Source: Candidatus Bathyarchaeum tardum (lineage in GTDB: Archaea > Thermoproteota > Bathyarchaeia > Bathyarchaeales > Bathyarchaeaceae). From it: a stretch of 64,000 bases of DNA. The position numbers were made by a program, and so were the translations under genes. Of the stretch, positions 50,716-61,202 are shown in pieces. Below the pieces are notes generated by a model. The model did no database searches. It was not told the DNA's origin and saw only the letters and a list, made by a program, of their open reading frames with translations. The stretch lies in assembly GCA_024650005.2 (NCBI GenBank), contig CP122380.1:1824001-1888000 (forward strand). Reading direction: 5' to 3'. The first letter of the stretch is position 1. Every line of letters starts with the position of its first letter.

Positions 50716-51342
50716 TCAACGGTTTTGTTTTTCTTTGATCTGTTTTGAAACTGTTTTCAGTTGTTCTTCAGTTATTGCATCTCTTTTGTACATTTCTTGA
50801 GCAAGTTCATAAGTGGTTAACATATAATGGAGTTTAATTTCTACATCCGCAAGATTCTGAGTTCCATTTTCTTCACGATTTAATAAGACTACAGCGTCAG
50901 TAACTATGCCACCTTCTGCTCTAACTGAGTCTGCAGCATTTATTATTGATCCTCCTTTAGTTATGAGATCGTCAATTAGTAACACACGGTCTCCAGGGGA
51001 TAGAATTCCTTCAACTCTTCGTCCTCTTCCGTGTTTACGTTCTGCCGTGCGAACATACACAAACGGTTTTTTGAGACTGTATGCAGCCATTGCACCAAAT
51101 GATATCCCGGCAGTGGGTATTCCGGCTATTCGGTCAAAGTTGTCTGTTCCAACTTCAGTTTTTATTAGTTCAACATACAAGTCACATATGTGTTTAAAGG
51201 CTTCAGGAAAACTTGGAACAATTCGTAAATCTAGGTAATATGAACTGATTTCTCCACTGGTCAGAGTGAAAACCCCAAATTTTAATGCACCAACTTTGGT
51301 CAATATTTTTCCCAATTCGGTTTTCATTTGTTGTTTTTCCAA
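50716..51342 (-). CDS. pyrE: orotate phosphoribosyltransferase
   Basis: FTLTSG..SSYYLDLR, LIDDLITKGGS. Confidence 0.94.
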   Translation of the reverse strand: MEKQQMKTELGKILTKVGALKFGVFTLTSGEISSYYLDLRIVPSFPEAFKHICDLYVELIKTEVGTDNFDRIAGIPTAGISFGAMAAYSLKKPFVYVRTAERKHGRGRRVEGILSPGDRVLLIDDLITKGGSIINAADSVRAEGGIVTDAVVLLNREENGTQNLADVEIKLHYMLTTYELAQEMYKRDAITEEQLKTVSKQIKEKQNR

Positions 51343-51450
51343 GGTTCCTCATCCTCTATTGAATTTATGTGCAGACAGTTTTAAAGACGTATCGTCGTTT
51401 AGCCGTTACTTTTAAATGAAGCACAAAGAAAACCTTCTAATTAGTCAGAA

Positions 51451-52740
51451 GTGTCTTTTATGGTTGATGCGTGGATTCCTTACGGGAAAACTGAAGTTTG
51501 TGCAAGAATACCCACACGTAACTTTTTGGGAGATATTGAACCCAAACAGAAAAAAGGGGTAGAAGATCCGAGAGGAGAAATTGAAAGAGCCTTAAATGAG
51601 CCTATAGGAACCAAAAAGCTAAGTGAAATTGCGAAATCTGGAGACAAAGTTGCCATAGTTGTTAATGATGCTACACGAGCAACTCCAAGTCATTTGATGG
51701 TTGTTCCGTTACTTGATGAACTGAACAAAGCAGGAGTGAACGATTCTGACGTTACAATTATTTTTGGATGTGGAATACATCGTCCAGTAACTCCTAAAGA
51801 GCAAGAAAAACTCATAGGAAAAGAAGCTTTAGAAAGAGTGAAAATATTCAACCATGATTCCAAGGCTGAAGACCAAGTTTTTGTAGGAGAAACATCCCAT
51901 GAAACTAAAGTCAATATAAACAAAGTTTTTGCCGAAGCAGATGTCAAAATTTTGACAGGTGAAATAAACTTGCATTATTACGCTGGATATGGCGGAGGAA
52001 GAAAAGGAGTTCTTCCTGCGGTTTCAAGCGCTGAAACTATTCAACAAAACCATTCATTACTGGTAAGCGCTAAAGCCACAACCGGCGTTTTAGAGGGCAA
52101 CCCCGTTCACGAAGACATGTTAGAAGCAGCCAGACTGGCAAAGGTTGATTTCATTCTTAATGTTGTAACCAACAGCAAAAACGAGTTGGTTCAAGCCTTT
52201 GCCGGAGATGTAGAGCAAGCTTTTCTTGAAGGCACAAAACTTGTTGACGAAATGTATAAAGTTCCTATTGAGCAACGGGCAAACATTGTTGTTGTAAGTG
52301 CAGGCGGGCACCCTCATGATATTAACCTGTATCAAGCAACTAAAGCATTACAAAACGCGTTAGATGCCGTGAAAAGAAGAGGAATAATAATTTTGGTTGC
52401 TGAATGCCCAGAAGGTCATGGTAACGAAGCTTTTGCCGAGTGGATGGAAAAATATACGGATATAAAACGGTTAGAACGAGAAATAAAAAAGAATTTTGTT
52501 CTAGGTGGTCACAAAGCATATTTCATTAACAAGGCTCTTCAAAAAGTCACAATTATTCTGGTTTCCGTTATGCCTGATTGTTATGCAATTAACACCTTCA
52601 AGATGCGAACGTCAAGTGCAATGAACGATGCCATGCGAGATGCCTTTGAGATTGCAGGTAAAAACGCCAAAGTTTACGTTATGCCCCATGGAAGAGAGAC
52701 AGTAGCTGAATATCAATCGACAGACGAAAACGAAGATTAA
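51451..52740 (+). CDS. larA: LarA family nickel-pincer racemase/epimerase
   Basis: NDATR, GIHR, HYYAGYGGGRK, DINLYQATKA, ECPEGHG. Confidence 0.88.
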   Translation: MSFMVDAWIPYGKTEVCARIPTRNFLGDIEPKQKKGVEDPRGEIERALNEPIGTKKLSEIAKSGDKVAIVVNDATRATPSHLMVVPLLDELNKAGVNDSDVTIIFGCGIHRPVTPKEQEKLIGKEALERVKIFNHDSKAEDQVFVGETSHETKVNINKVFAEADVKILTGEINLHYYAGYGGGRKGVLPAVSSAETIQQNHSLLVSAKATTGVLEGNPVHEDMLEAARLAKVDFILNVVTNSKNELVQAFAGDVEQAFLEGTKLVDEMYKVPIEQRANIVVVSAGGHPHDINLYQATKALQNALDAVKRRGIIILVAECPEGHGNEAFAEWMEKYTDIKRLEREIKKNFVLGGHKAYFINKALQKVTIILVSVMPDCYAINTFKMRTSSAMNDAMRDAFEIAGKNAKVYVMPHGRETVAEYQSTDENED

Positions 52741-52746
52741 TAATTG

Positions 52747-53556
52747 TTACAAGTTTTTGAATTTTTCAGTTATTTTTGCGATTTCTTCAAACTTGGTTAG
52801 AACATTAGTGACGTTTTCACCCATGCGGTAGGTGTCTTTATCAAGTCTTCCTTTTGGATTTAGTTCAGATAGAACATTACGCTGGTCAAAGTTGGGATTG
52901 TCATGGGCATAAGGCCATAATCTGAAGGAGCCTCCAGTGATTTCGTCTATTAAGTATACTTGTCCGCCAATTATGCCGTACTCTAGTTTCATGTCAATTA
53001 ATTGAATGTTAAATCGTGCAAAAGCTTTTTCGAGATGAACAAAAATTTCGGCATTCATTTGGCGCATAACAGCAAAATCCGTTCCGCCTTCTTTTGCTGT
53101 GATAATGTAATCAATGTATTTGTCATCAAGCATAGGGTCGTGCAAGGGATCATCTTTGTAATGGAACTGGGTAATTACAGGATCAAACCGTGTTCCTTCA
53201 ACCATTTTGCCCCATTTTAGAATTGAACCTGCAGCAACTCTTCGGCTGACTACTTCTAGGTTAATTTTTCGGTCCAGCTTCTTAACCAGTGAAACTTTTT
53301 CTTCGGGGCTAGAAATGTAATGAGTTTGAACACCTTTTCGGTTTAACAACTCAAAGATGTCCTTGTTTGTTTTCCAGTCCACCAAAGCTTTGCCTTGAAT
53401 TATGTCATGTTTTACTCCATCTCCGGCGGTGATGTCGTCTTTGAAAACCATGTACGCAGTTTTGGGGTCATTGGGGTTTTCGTAGACTATCTTGGTTTTG
53501 CCTTCTACAATTTTTTTCAGGGAACTAAAATCAACAGTCATACAAGTTTCACTCAA
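52747..53556 (-). CDS. purC: SAICAR synthetase
   Basis: EGKTK, FKDDITAGDG, YKDDPLHDP, DMKLEYG, LDKDTYR. Confidence 0.93.
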   Translation of the reverse strand: MSETCMTVDFSSLKKIVEGKTKIVYENPNDPKTAYMVFKDDITAGDGVKHDIIQGKALVDWKTNKDIFELLNRKGVQTHYISSPEEKVSLVKKLDRKINLEVVSRRVAAGSILKWGKMVEGTRFDPVITQFHYKDDPLHDPMLDDKYIDYIITAKEGGTDFAVMRQMNAEIFVHLEKAFARFNIQLIDMKLEYGIIGGQVYLIDEITGGSFRLWPYAHDNPNFDQRNVLSELNPKGRLDKDTYRMGENVTNVLTKFEEIAKITEKFKNL

Positions 53557-53849
53557 GTTCCAAATATATGAAACAAGATTATTTTAAGGTGTCTAAACAG
53601 CTCTTTAGCCCTAAAGGGATTCTAGTGTTCCATTTTTTGTGTGTTATTATCATTTCAAATTTGAACACTAGTTCTTATCATGCAAGTTAGGGATGAAGAA
53701 ACGTTCAAAAAGGCTAAAGGCATTTGTCGGGATGTGAATAAAAAAATTTCAACACAAAAATCATTCTTTGTTTAATTAGTCAACACTTACCTTCATTAAC
53801 GTGTAAATCTTATAAATAATACGGTATTTATTGTATATTTATCCAAAAG

Positions 53850-54002
53850 ATGAAACAGGATGCGGAAATCGTGCCCAACCCCACAGTGGCTGGGCTAGAA
53901 AAAGAGATAGTGGACCTGAAAATACGCGTCAACAACCTAGAGAAAAAGATGGCTACATTATCAGCGCCAAAATCCAAGCCCAGAGGTCAAAGATTCATAT
54001 AA
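53850..54002 (+). CDS. small leucine-zipper-like protein (50 aa), not in ORF track
   Basis: MKQDAEIVPNPTVAGLEKEIVDLKIRVNNLEKKMATLSAPKSKPRGQRFI; alternative GTG start at 53871; TTATAAATA box upstream. Confidence 0.55.
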   Translation: MKQDAEIVPNPTVAGLEKEIVDLKIRVNNLEKKMATLSAPKSKPRGQRFI

Positions 54003-54152
54003 GTGAAAGCACGAAATATTCCACCACCCCCCATTTTTGTTGGTGTAAACTATGATCAATAGCCAAGAATAATCTAACACCCAATACAAACAAAATCGTA
54101 TCTATTAAAATCCGAAAGGAATTTAATGTAGATGAAAAACAGGAAAGTTAAC

Positions 54153-54326
54153 ATGACGAATCAAACGGTCCTCGGAAAATTCTCAGGCACAGACAGCGTG
54201 TGCAAAACATGCAAACACTTAGAGAAAATAGACGGGCAATTCTTTTGCAATTTTCTAGGCGCATTCCTTGCAGAACAAACCCTTTACATTCCATGCGATA
54301 TGAAAGAAAAAATTCAAACAAAATAA
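54153..54326 (+). CDS. four-Cys microprotein (CxxCKH-x9-C-x15-C)
   Basis: Paralog with the same motif at 61203-61403. Confidence 0.75.
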   Translation: MTNQTVLGKFSGTDSVCKTCKHLEKIDGQFFCNFLGAFLAEQTLYIPCDMKEKIQTK

Positions 54327-54658
54327 AAAAATGGGTTTTCTTTTTCTTCGCCAAATAGACAAGACCCCTCGCCACAATTATTAATGCAACAATCCACTAG
54401 AATTGCCCCAAAAAAACGATACTAAAAGCGCCATTGATGATTTCTTGCTAGGTCATCAAGCTTTTTGTTAGTTACTGTGATTTTTCCTCGTGATTTTAAG
54501 AGTGAAAGTTTTGTGATACAGAATCTCAAATACCCAAACAAAAACAAATTGCATGAAAACAAAAGAACGAATAAGGTCATAAAATGTGGTTTTTGACAGA
54601 TTTAGATAGGTTTAAGAATTGTGAATAACGCATATTTTAGTATAATGAGGTTTTGACC

Positions 54659-55231
54659 ATGGAATTAAAAGGTAGTGAAACTGAGAAAAATCTCCTAAAA
54701 TCTTTTGCTGGTGAATCACAAGCCAGAACCCGATACACGTTTTTTGCGAGTGTAGCAAAGAAAGAAGGTTACGAACAAATTTCAGAAATATTTACTGAAA
54801 CCGCAGGGAATGAGAAAGAACACGCTGAACTGTTTTTCAAATATCTCAAAGGTGGAGACGTTGAAATCACTGCAGCATACCCCGCAGGGGTTATTAGTAC
54901 AACAGCATCCAACCTGAAAGCCGCCGCAGAAGGAGAAAAAATGGAATGGGGAACATTATATCCTGATTTTGCAGCAGTAGCAGAAAAAGAAGGTTTTATG
55001 GACATTGCAAATACTTTTCAGATGGTAGCAAAAGTAGAAGCTAAACATGAACTGCGATACAGAAAACTGTTAGCCAATATTGAACAAGGTACAGTCTTCA
55101 AAAAAGACAAAGTCATCAAATGGAAATGCCGAAACTGTGGCCACGTGCATGAGGGCATTGAAGCTCCAGAAAAATGTCCCGTGTGTGACCATGCAAGAGC
55201 TTACTTTGAAGTTTGGTGTGAAAACTACTAA
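54659..55231 (+). CDS. rbr: rubrerythrin
   Basis: FAGESQA, NEKEHA, EAKHE, C-terminal CRNCG...CPVC. Confidence 0.95.
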   Translation: MELKGSETEKNLLKSFAGESQARTRYTFFASVAKKEGYEQISEIFTETAGNEKEHAELFFKYLKGGDVEITAAYPAGVISTTASNLKAAAEGEKMEWGTLYPDFAAVAEKEGFMDIANTFQMVAKVEAKHELRYRKLLANIEQGTVFKKDKVIKWKCRNCGHVHEGIEAPEKCPVCDHARAYFEVWCENY

Positions 55232-55263
55232 CTGGTTATAGCACAAAAAAAGGAGGTGTAAAG

Positions 55264-55380
55264 TTGACAGAAGAAGGACAAGTATACCTTTGTGAAATTT
55301 GTGGAAACAAAGTAAAAATTCTAGATGCTGGTGCTGGAACCCTAGTTTGTTGCGGAGAAAACATGACTCTTGTCGAGTAA
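55264..55380 (+). CDS. desulforedoxin-like protein (38 aa), not in ORF track
   Basis: MTEEGQVYLCEICGNKVKILDAGAGTLVCCGENMTLVE, CxxC...CC motif; GGAGGTG Shine-Dalgarno. Confidence 0.9.
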   Translation: MTEEGQVYLCEICGNKVKILDAGAGTLVCCGENMTLVE

Positions 55381-55447
55381 ACTTGTGAAACTAAAAAATC
55401 CAGCCTTTTTCTTTTTTTCTTTTATTATAAAAACGATGAGACAAGTC

Positions 55448-55633
55448 TTACTTGTCTTTTGGTTTTGAACCGATTTCTACACACAAGATGTTACATTGGT
55501 AGCGTTTGTCACCAATTTGCATTTTTCCTTGTGCATGGTATCCGCGGCTCCCAGTTTTAAAATCTTTTTTGTTCAAAATGAAATCTTGCTTTATTCCATT
55601 TAGTTGTATTGACACTAAATTCGTTTCACTCAT
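55448..55633 (-). CDS. small basic beta-rich hypothetical protein (61 aa)
   Basis: KDFKTGSRGYHAQGK...RYQCNILCVEIGSKP; ATG after GGTGA. Confidence 0.75.
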   Translation of the reverse strand: MSETNLVSIQLNGIKQDFILNKKDFKTGSRGYHAQGKMQIGDKRYQCNILCVEIGSKPKDK

Positions 55634-55744
55634 TATAACGTTCACCAGTATATTGGTAAGACTCAGCATTTCTCCCTTTTCAGAGTTACTCTTTCAAAAA
55701 ATACAAATCAAAGGTACAAATAACAATAATTGCAAACAACTGCC

Positions 55745-58700
55745 TTAATCCAATTCAATTTTGTAATTGGGTTTATTATTCTTGTTAATTTTCGGGACAT
55801 AAATCACAAATTGTACGCCTTCACCAAATTTTCCAAGCTCGTTTACTGTCCAACCGTAAACTTCACAAATTTTTCGTATTAGGTAAAGTCCGTAGCCACT
55901 GCCTTTCCCGTAACCTTCTTTGAAAGAAATTTCTTTTTCAGTTTCAGGTATTCCGATTCCGTTATCTTCATAAATTAGGCTTATGTGGTCCACTTCTTCC
56001 TTGTAGTAAACTTTGATTTCACTTACTTTTTCGCCATGTTTCAAAGAGTCGTCAATAAAATTGTAGAAAATTTGCCTTAACAAAGAGTCAGCCATTACAG
56101 AGAATCCGGAACAGCCATTAACAAATTTGATTCCATCTATGCATGAAAATAGGGAAACTGCTTCATCAACACTTTTTTTGACATCAATATACGATAACTC
56201 TTCAACACCCAACTGCTCATAAGTTTGGGCAAAGGAAAAAATTCGGATCACTTGCTCAACTGCTGAATCTATAGAATTAAAATATTTAGAAATATCTTTG
56301 TTATGAGCAAATTGTTGCCTTGCAAGATAAATATTGTTTGAAATAACTGACAACTTGTTTCGAACATCATGCCGAGTTAACTTGCCAACAACCCTCAACT
56401 TTTCATTAATTACCAAAAGTTCCTTCATAATTCTGTCCATTGAGTCTTCTGCTTTCTTGCGTTCAGTAATATCACGGGCAATAACATACAAAAACTGCTT
56501 TCCATCAAACTCAACCAACTGGAACATATTTATTATATCTCTGATGTCACCGTTTTTTGCACGATATTTAGTTTCAAACTCATCTATTCCAGTATCCTGG
56601 ATTTGCATTATTCGAGCATTTATCGCGTCTGTTGTTTCCAAAAGTTCAAAATCAGCAATACACAATTTTTTAAACTCTTCTCGCGAATAACCCAATTGCT
56701 TATGAGCGACATCATTGAATTCAACTAAACAACCATTTAAATCAGCTATAGAAATACCTACAGGAGCTTTATCAAAAAGAAAACGATACATTTTTTCTGC
56801 CTCACGGAGCCTGTTTTCCATCTTTTTGCGGTCATCTATGTTGATAGAAAGTTCAGAAACCGCAATTATATTGCCTTCGTCGTCTCTAATTGGATTAGCT
56901 GTAAGTTCGATGCAACAACGTTGTCCGTTAGGAGCAGGGACAGATTGTTCACACACTACATGGGTTTTTCCGGTTTCAAAAATTTCTTTAACGCCACAGT
57001 TTGGACAAATATTACCAAGGTCATTGTATACAGAGTGACACGTTTTGCCGATTACATCACCACATAAGTCAGTGAGAAACTTGTTTGCCCACAAGATTTT
57101 ATAATCTTTTGAGATAACGCTAAGTCCAACATTAAGGGTGCCAGTGACCGTTTCAAATTTTTCTTGCTCTTGACGTAACGCGTCTTCTGCTTTTTTGCGT
57201 TCTGTCACATCTCGCAGGGTACCTTGGATAGCCACAATATTGCCTTTGGAATCACGCAGTAATTTAGGCTTAAATTCGCCCCAACCAGTAGAACCATCTT
57301 TACGCATGTATTCGTAACGTCGAAATTTAGGTTCAAAATCAAGATTTTTTGCGGATAAAGCAAGGTCAGCTTGGATTTCAACAAGTCCACGCTCATAAGA
57401 TTCAGGAGTCATCAAACCTTTTGGTCCAAGATTTATGATTTCATCAGGAGTATACCCAGATAAAGTTTCGACAGAAGGACTGACATATTTGATACTCAGA
57501 TCTAAGTTTTGAATGAATATTACATCAGTAATATTTTCAGTCAGTAACCGATACTGTTCCTTACTTTCTTTAAGCTTTTCTTCAGTTTCTTTACGTTCAG
57601 TTACATCCCGTAAAACGCCTTGCACTCCAATAGGGTGACCTTTGGAATCCAACAATATTTTCGTTCGCAGTTCACCCCAAAATGTTGTGCCATCTTTTCG
57701 TATGTACTCATATTGCCTAAGGGGAATTTCAGAATCTGGTTTTTCAGCAACTAAAGAAAGGGCCTCTTTGAAATCAACTATTCCGCGTTCAAAAGATTCT
57801 GGAACCATAAAATCTGCTGGTTTTAGATCATAGACTTCTTCAGGGGAATAACCAGATAAAGTTTTGATTGAGGGACTCACATACGTGACATCTAGATTCA
57901 TATCCTGAATGTAGATTACATCAGTAATGTTTTCTGTCAACAACCGATATGTTTTCTCGTTTTCTTGCAGTTTCTCATAAGCAGCCTTGCGCTCTAAATA
58001 ATTTCCAATAAGTTCTAAAAATATCTGAATAAGGGCAATATCATCAGGACCCCAAAATTCAGTATTGTGTACATTATTTAAGCCTATGAAACCCCCTAAC
58101 TCACCCGACAAAAAAAGAGGCAACACCAAAATTGATCTGATGCTTTTGTTGTCCAAAAATTCTTTTATTTCATTTAACTCCAAAGGCAACAGTGAAACAT
58201 CAGACAGTTGAATTGTTTTTCCATCACGAAGTTGGTCTAAACCCCAAGAAATTTGTTCAATTGCAAGTTTCTCAAGGTTTTCAAGTTGAGGAGCAGCAGA
58301 GTCTGAGCACCATTCAAAGATGTTTTTAATAACTGTTTGATTATCACTCAATAAAAATAGCCAAACACGGCTTGCCCCACTTGTTCGCCCAATATCTTCC
58401 AGAGATTTATTAATTGCGTTATCAAAATCGGGGGGATTCACAAACCTTGAAGATATTCGTGATATAACTGACTCAAATTCTAGCTTGTATGTTAACCTTT
58501 TTTCTGCTTTTCTTTTATTTACAGCTTGAAGAATATAATGGGAAAGTTGAGAAAAAACAGTTTTTGGGTGCCCCAGTTTGTTAAGGTAATAATCAGCACC
58601 AATATTGAGGGCTTTAATTGCTACTTCTTCACGACCTTTTCCAGTGAACAATATAAACGGAATTTCATCACCAGTTTCCCTTAGCTCTTTTAAAAAAGTT

Positions 58701-58960
58701 AAACCATCTTTTTCAGGCATCTGATAATCAGAAACTATAACATCAAAAGTTTGTTCACTTAATTTTTTAATGGCTTCCCTTACGGTAGAAACAGTTTCGA
58801 CACGAAAGCAACTTTGTAATTCCAAAATTTGTTTGGCAGAAGATAAAAGATCTGAATCATCATCCACGTGCAACACTTTGATGGCTGGTGTTCCCACAGA
58901 ATTGGATAAAGTTGTTGCACTATTATCAGTACTTGACCCCCATTTTGTCAGGTTTCCCAC
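55745..58960 (-). CDS. hybrid sensor histidine kinase (REC-GAF-multiple PAS-HK)
   Basis: HVDDD, SDYQMP, GAF domain, repeated ENITDVI...RDVTERK, RHDVRN, DNGIG, GYGLY. Confidence 0.92.
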   Translation of the reverse strand: MGNLTKWGSSTDNSATTLSNSVGTPAIKVLHVDDDSDLLSSAKQILELQSCFRVETVSTVREAIKKLSEQTFDVIVSDYQMPEKDGLTFLKELRETGDEIPFILFTGKGREEVAIKALNIGADYYLNKLGHPKTVFSQLSHYILQAVNKRKAEKRLTYKLEFESVISRISSRFVNPPDFDNAINKSLEDIGRTSGASRVWLFLLSDNQTVIKNIFEWCSDSAAPQLENLEKLAIEQISWGLDQLRDGKTIQLSDVSLLPLELNEIKEFLDNKSIRSILVLPLFLSGELGGFIGLNNVHNTEFWGPDDIALIQIFLELIGNYLERKAAYEKLQENEKTYRLLTENITDVIYIQDMNLDVTYVSPSIKTLSGYSPEEVYDLKPADFMVPESFERGIVDFKEALSLVAEKPDSEIPLRQYEYIRKDGTTFWGELRTKILLDSKGHPIGVQGVLRDVTERKETEEKLKESKEQYRLLTENITDVIFIQNLDLSIKYVSPSVETLSGYTPDEIINLGPKGLMTPESYERGLVEIQADLALSAKNLDFEPKFRRYEYMRKDGSTGWGEFKPKLLRDSKGNIVAIQGTLRDVTERKKAEDALRQEQEKFETVTGTLNVGLSVISKDYKILWANKFLTDLCGDVIGKTCHSVYNDLGNICPNCGVKEIFETGKTHVVCEQSVPAPNGQRCCIELTANPIRDDEGNIIAVSELSINIDDRKKMENRLREAEKMYRFLFDKAPVGISIADLNGCLVEFNDVAHKQLGYSREEFKKLCIADFELLETTDAINARIMQIQDTGIDEFETKYRAKNGDIRDIINMFQLVEFDGKQFLYVIARDITERKKAEDSMDRIMKELLVINEKLRVVGKLTRHDVRNKLSVISNNIYLARQQFAHNKDISKYFNSIDSAVEQVIRIFSFAQTYEQLGVEELSYIDVKKSVDEAVSLFSCIDGIKFVNGCSGFSVMADSLLRQIFYNFIDDSLKHGEKVSEIKVYYKEEVDHISLIYEDNGIGIPETEKEISFKEGYGKGSGYGLYLIRKICEVYGWTVNELGKFGEGVQFVIYVPKINKNNKPNYKIELD

Positions 58961-59165
58961 CCCACCTTAGCCACAGACTCAAGTTTTTGTGCAGTTGAGC
59001 TAAAAGTGTTATGTAGACAGAATTCAAATTAGTAAAGCAGTTAATTTAAATTCTAAAAAATTTTTGGCAAAAAAGAAGATATCAAATCCGATTTAGTTTT
59101 GAAAATATGTCTCAAAAAAGAGAAAGGAATAGAGCTGCATTTTAAACATTAATTTATTGTCGGGT

Positions 59166-59747
59166 TCATCGTGGTGGAACGTACCATGAATCTGGGCTTT
59201 GATATTTGACCACAGGAGTGTTATCTTTGAAATCGAGTTGTTTGTCACATAGATTTACTAACGAGAGCAAAATCTGTTTGTGCAGATCTTCATCTTTAAC
59301 TATCAAACTAAAAATACTCAAATCAGGTTCATTCTTGTCGGGGTCTTCATCTTCAGTAAATTGAGCAGTGTCCACGTGAAAGGCTTTGGCGTACTCATCG
59401 TACAATAAAGTTTCAAAACCCGCTAAAGTATCAATTACTGAAAGCAATTCTTCCCGACTAAGTTTTTTTCTACGTGAAATATCTGCTGAAAGAGTACTAA
59501 TCAAGTCAATATTGTACCTGATGGTTTCGTTGCAATCATTTTCTTTTAGTTTTGAACCCCCTGCTTCTTCAAGGATTCTAACCAAAACAGTAGAATGTTT
59601 TAGGCTGTCACTGGCAATGTAAGTAAACAATGTCTTGGCAGCTAAATCTTCAACTTTTAAGGACAAGTTAGTATACAGTTCGTATAATTCACGCTCCATC
59701 AGACCTAAAGAAACCATTTGTCTTTCAACAAAAGTAATTCCAATCAT
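59166..59747 (-). CDS. ferritin-like four-helix protein
   Basis: Repeated E..LY...D.xxH pattern (DSLKH, DEDLH); ATG after GAGGT. Confidence 0.65.
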   Translation of the reverse strand: MIGITFVERQMVSLGLMERELYELYTNLSLKVEDLAAKTLFTYIASDSLKHSTVLVRILEEAGGSKLKENDCNETIRYNIDLISTLSADISRRKKLSREELLSVIDTLAGFETLLYDEYAKAFHVDTAQFTEDEDPDKNEPDLSIFSLIVKDEDLHKQILLSLVNLCDKQLDFKDNTPVVKYQSPDSWYVPPR

Positions 59748-59941
59748 GAAAACAACCTCTATGTTTGTGGAAACTTCACCTAGTGATAACCGTATTAGTT
59801 TACACCAAATCATGTATTAAATATTACGATTTATTAGTATATTTATTGTTCAACCAGACAAAAACAGCCAGCAACAATCACCTGAAGGAAAAAACGACAC
59901 AGGAAAAACGGAACAAACATCACTTTTCCGTAAATAATCAA

Positions 59942-60577
59942 TTAAGCGGAAATTATTACTTCATCATCTACCAAGGTTTTCGCTTTAACAATCCAAGTAA
60001 CGAGTTTTGATACAGGAAGACCAGTTTCTTTAGAAAGATCAGAAGCCGAACATTTCGCCAAATCAGAAATAGTATAGACCCCAGCCTCCACCAAATCTTG
60101 GGCTCGACTTGAACCAATTCCTTTTATCTTCATTAAATCAGAAACAATTTCTAGGTTTTGACCAATATCATCAAGAATTTCTTCTGCATCCGAAACTTTG
60201 GCAGGTGCTTCAGCAGGCAATTCAAGAGAAGCTTCTGTATTTTCATCAACAGATTCCTCTGCTGGAACCTCGACAGGCCCTACCAGGGATTTTTCAAATT
60301 CCTGGACAACTGATTGGTCGAGTTCAAACTTGTTGTTTTCTGCCGATTCACTTTGAGGTTCTGCAGGGGCTTCCCCACAGGGGTTTTCAGCGTAACGAAG
60401 CACAAGTTTTCGAGTTACAATTAAACGCTCCCATTGTTTTTGGGCAACATTATAACAAAAATAGTGCTCGTTATGTTTTGCTAAGCATCGATAATAGAGG
60501 AAGTTATCTTTGTCTTCGACCAGGGACATTTTACTTGCACATTTTTTTTCTGCACAAGGTAGCGTTTCTGCAACCAT
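59942..60577 (-). CDS. helix-hairpin-helix protein (DUF4332-like) with N-terminal Cys/His cluster
   Basis: IKGIGSSRAQDLVEAGVYTISDLA; acidic linker. Confidence 0.75.
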   Translation of the reverse strand: MVAETLPCAEKKCASKMSLVEDKDNFLYYRCLAKHNEHYFCYNVAQKQWERLIVTRKLVLRYAENPCGEAPAEPQSESAENNKFELDQSVVQEFEKSLVGPVEVPAEESVDENTEASLELPAEAPAKVSDAEEILDDIGQNLEIVSDLMKIKGIGSSRAQDLVEAGVYTISDLAKCSASDLSKETGLPVSKLVTWIVKAKTLVDDEVIISA

Positions 60578-60724
60578 AATTTATCCCGTTTATTAATATA
60601 CAATATATTGTTTAAAAGTGTTATTGGTCTAAAATCCACAACGGAAACAAATACAACCATAAAACATGAATTTTATCGACCCCCAACTAAAAGCATATCA
60701 ATAAACTGGAGAAAAAATATGCAA

Positions 60725-60934
60725 TCATGAAGAAGCTAGACATTCGACAACTTTTGGACATAAGAAGCATTCTTCAGGCATCGGATTTCCTTTAGGCATT
60801 TTGGATAAATAACCAAAAGAATGAGGGCATTTGAATTGTTTTTTGTCGTTATTATCCGAGTTGCCCGGTGATTGTTTTGATATTGCTTCTTTGACTTTTT
60901 CCAGCAATTCATCTAATGGAACATCAGCGGACAT
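60725..60934 (-). CDS. small Cys-motif protein
   Basis: CPHSFGYL...PEECFLCPKVVEC. Confidence 0.75.
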   Translation of the reverse strand: MSADVPLDELLEKVKEAISKQSPGNSDNNDKKQFKCPHSFGYLSKMPKGNPMPEECFLCPKVVECLASS

Positions 60935-61202
60935 ATTTTACTACCGATTATTGTGAAAGCTTGACTGAATATTTAACGCCTATGAACGCCTAATACGCAT
61001 TTCAAGTAACCAAAAAATTGGCAATTAACAGTTTTGAAATTCAAATACAAAAATTTTTGACATTAAATCATAAAATTTTTAGTTTTAAAAGGTGAATGTG
61101 ACTTATACATTTTGTCAGGAATCTGGCTTGTATTATGAAATTAGGTATTAGCTGCATTTTTTGGAAAAAAGGTTACAACAAAAATAGCAAATGAAACTGA
61201 AA

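Noticed and set aside
54153-54326. c-type cytochrome motif in the four-Cys microproteins
   Set aside because: Motif is CxxCKH rather than CxxCH and there is no signal peptide
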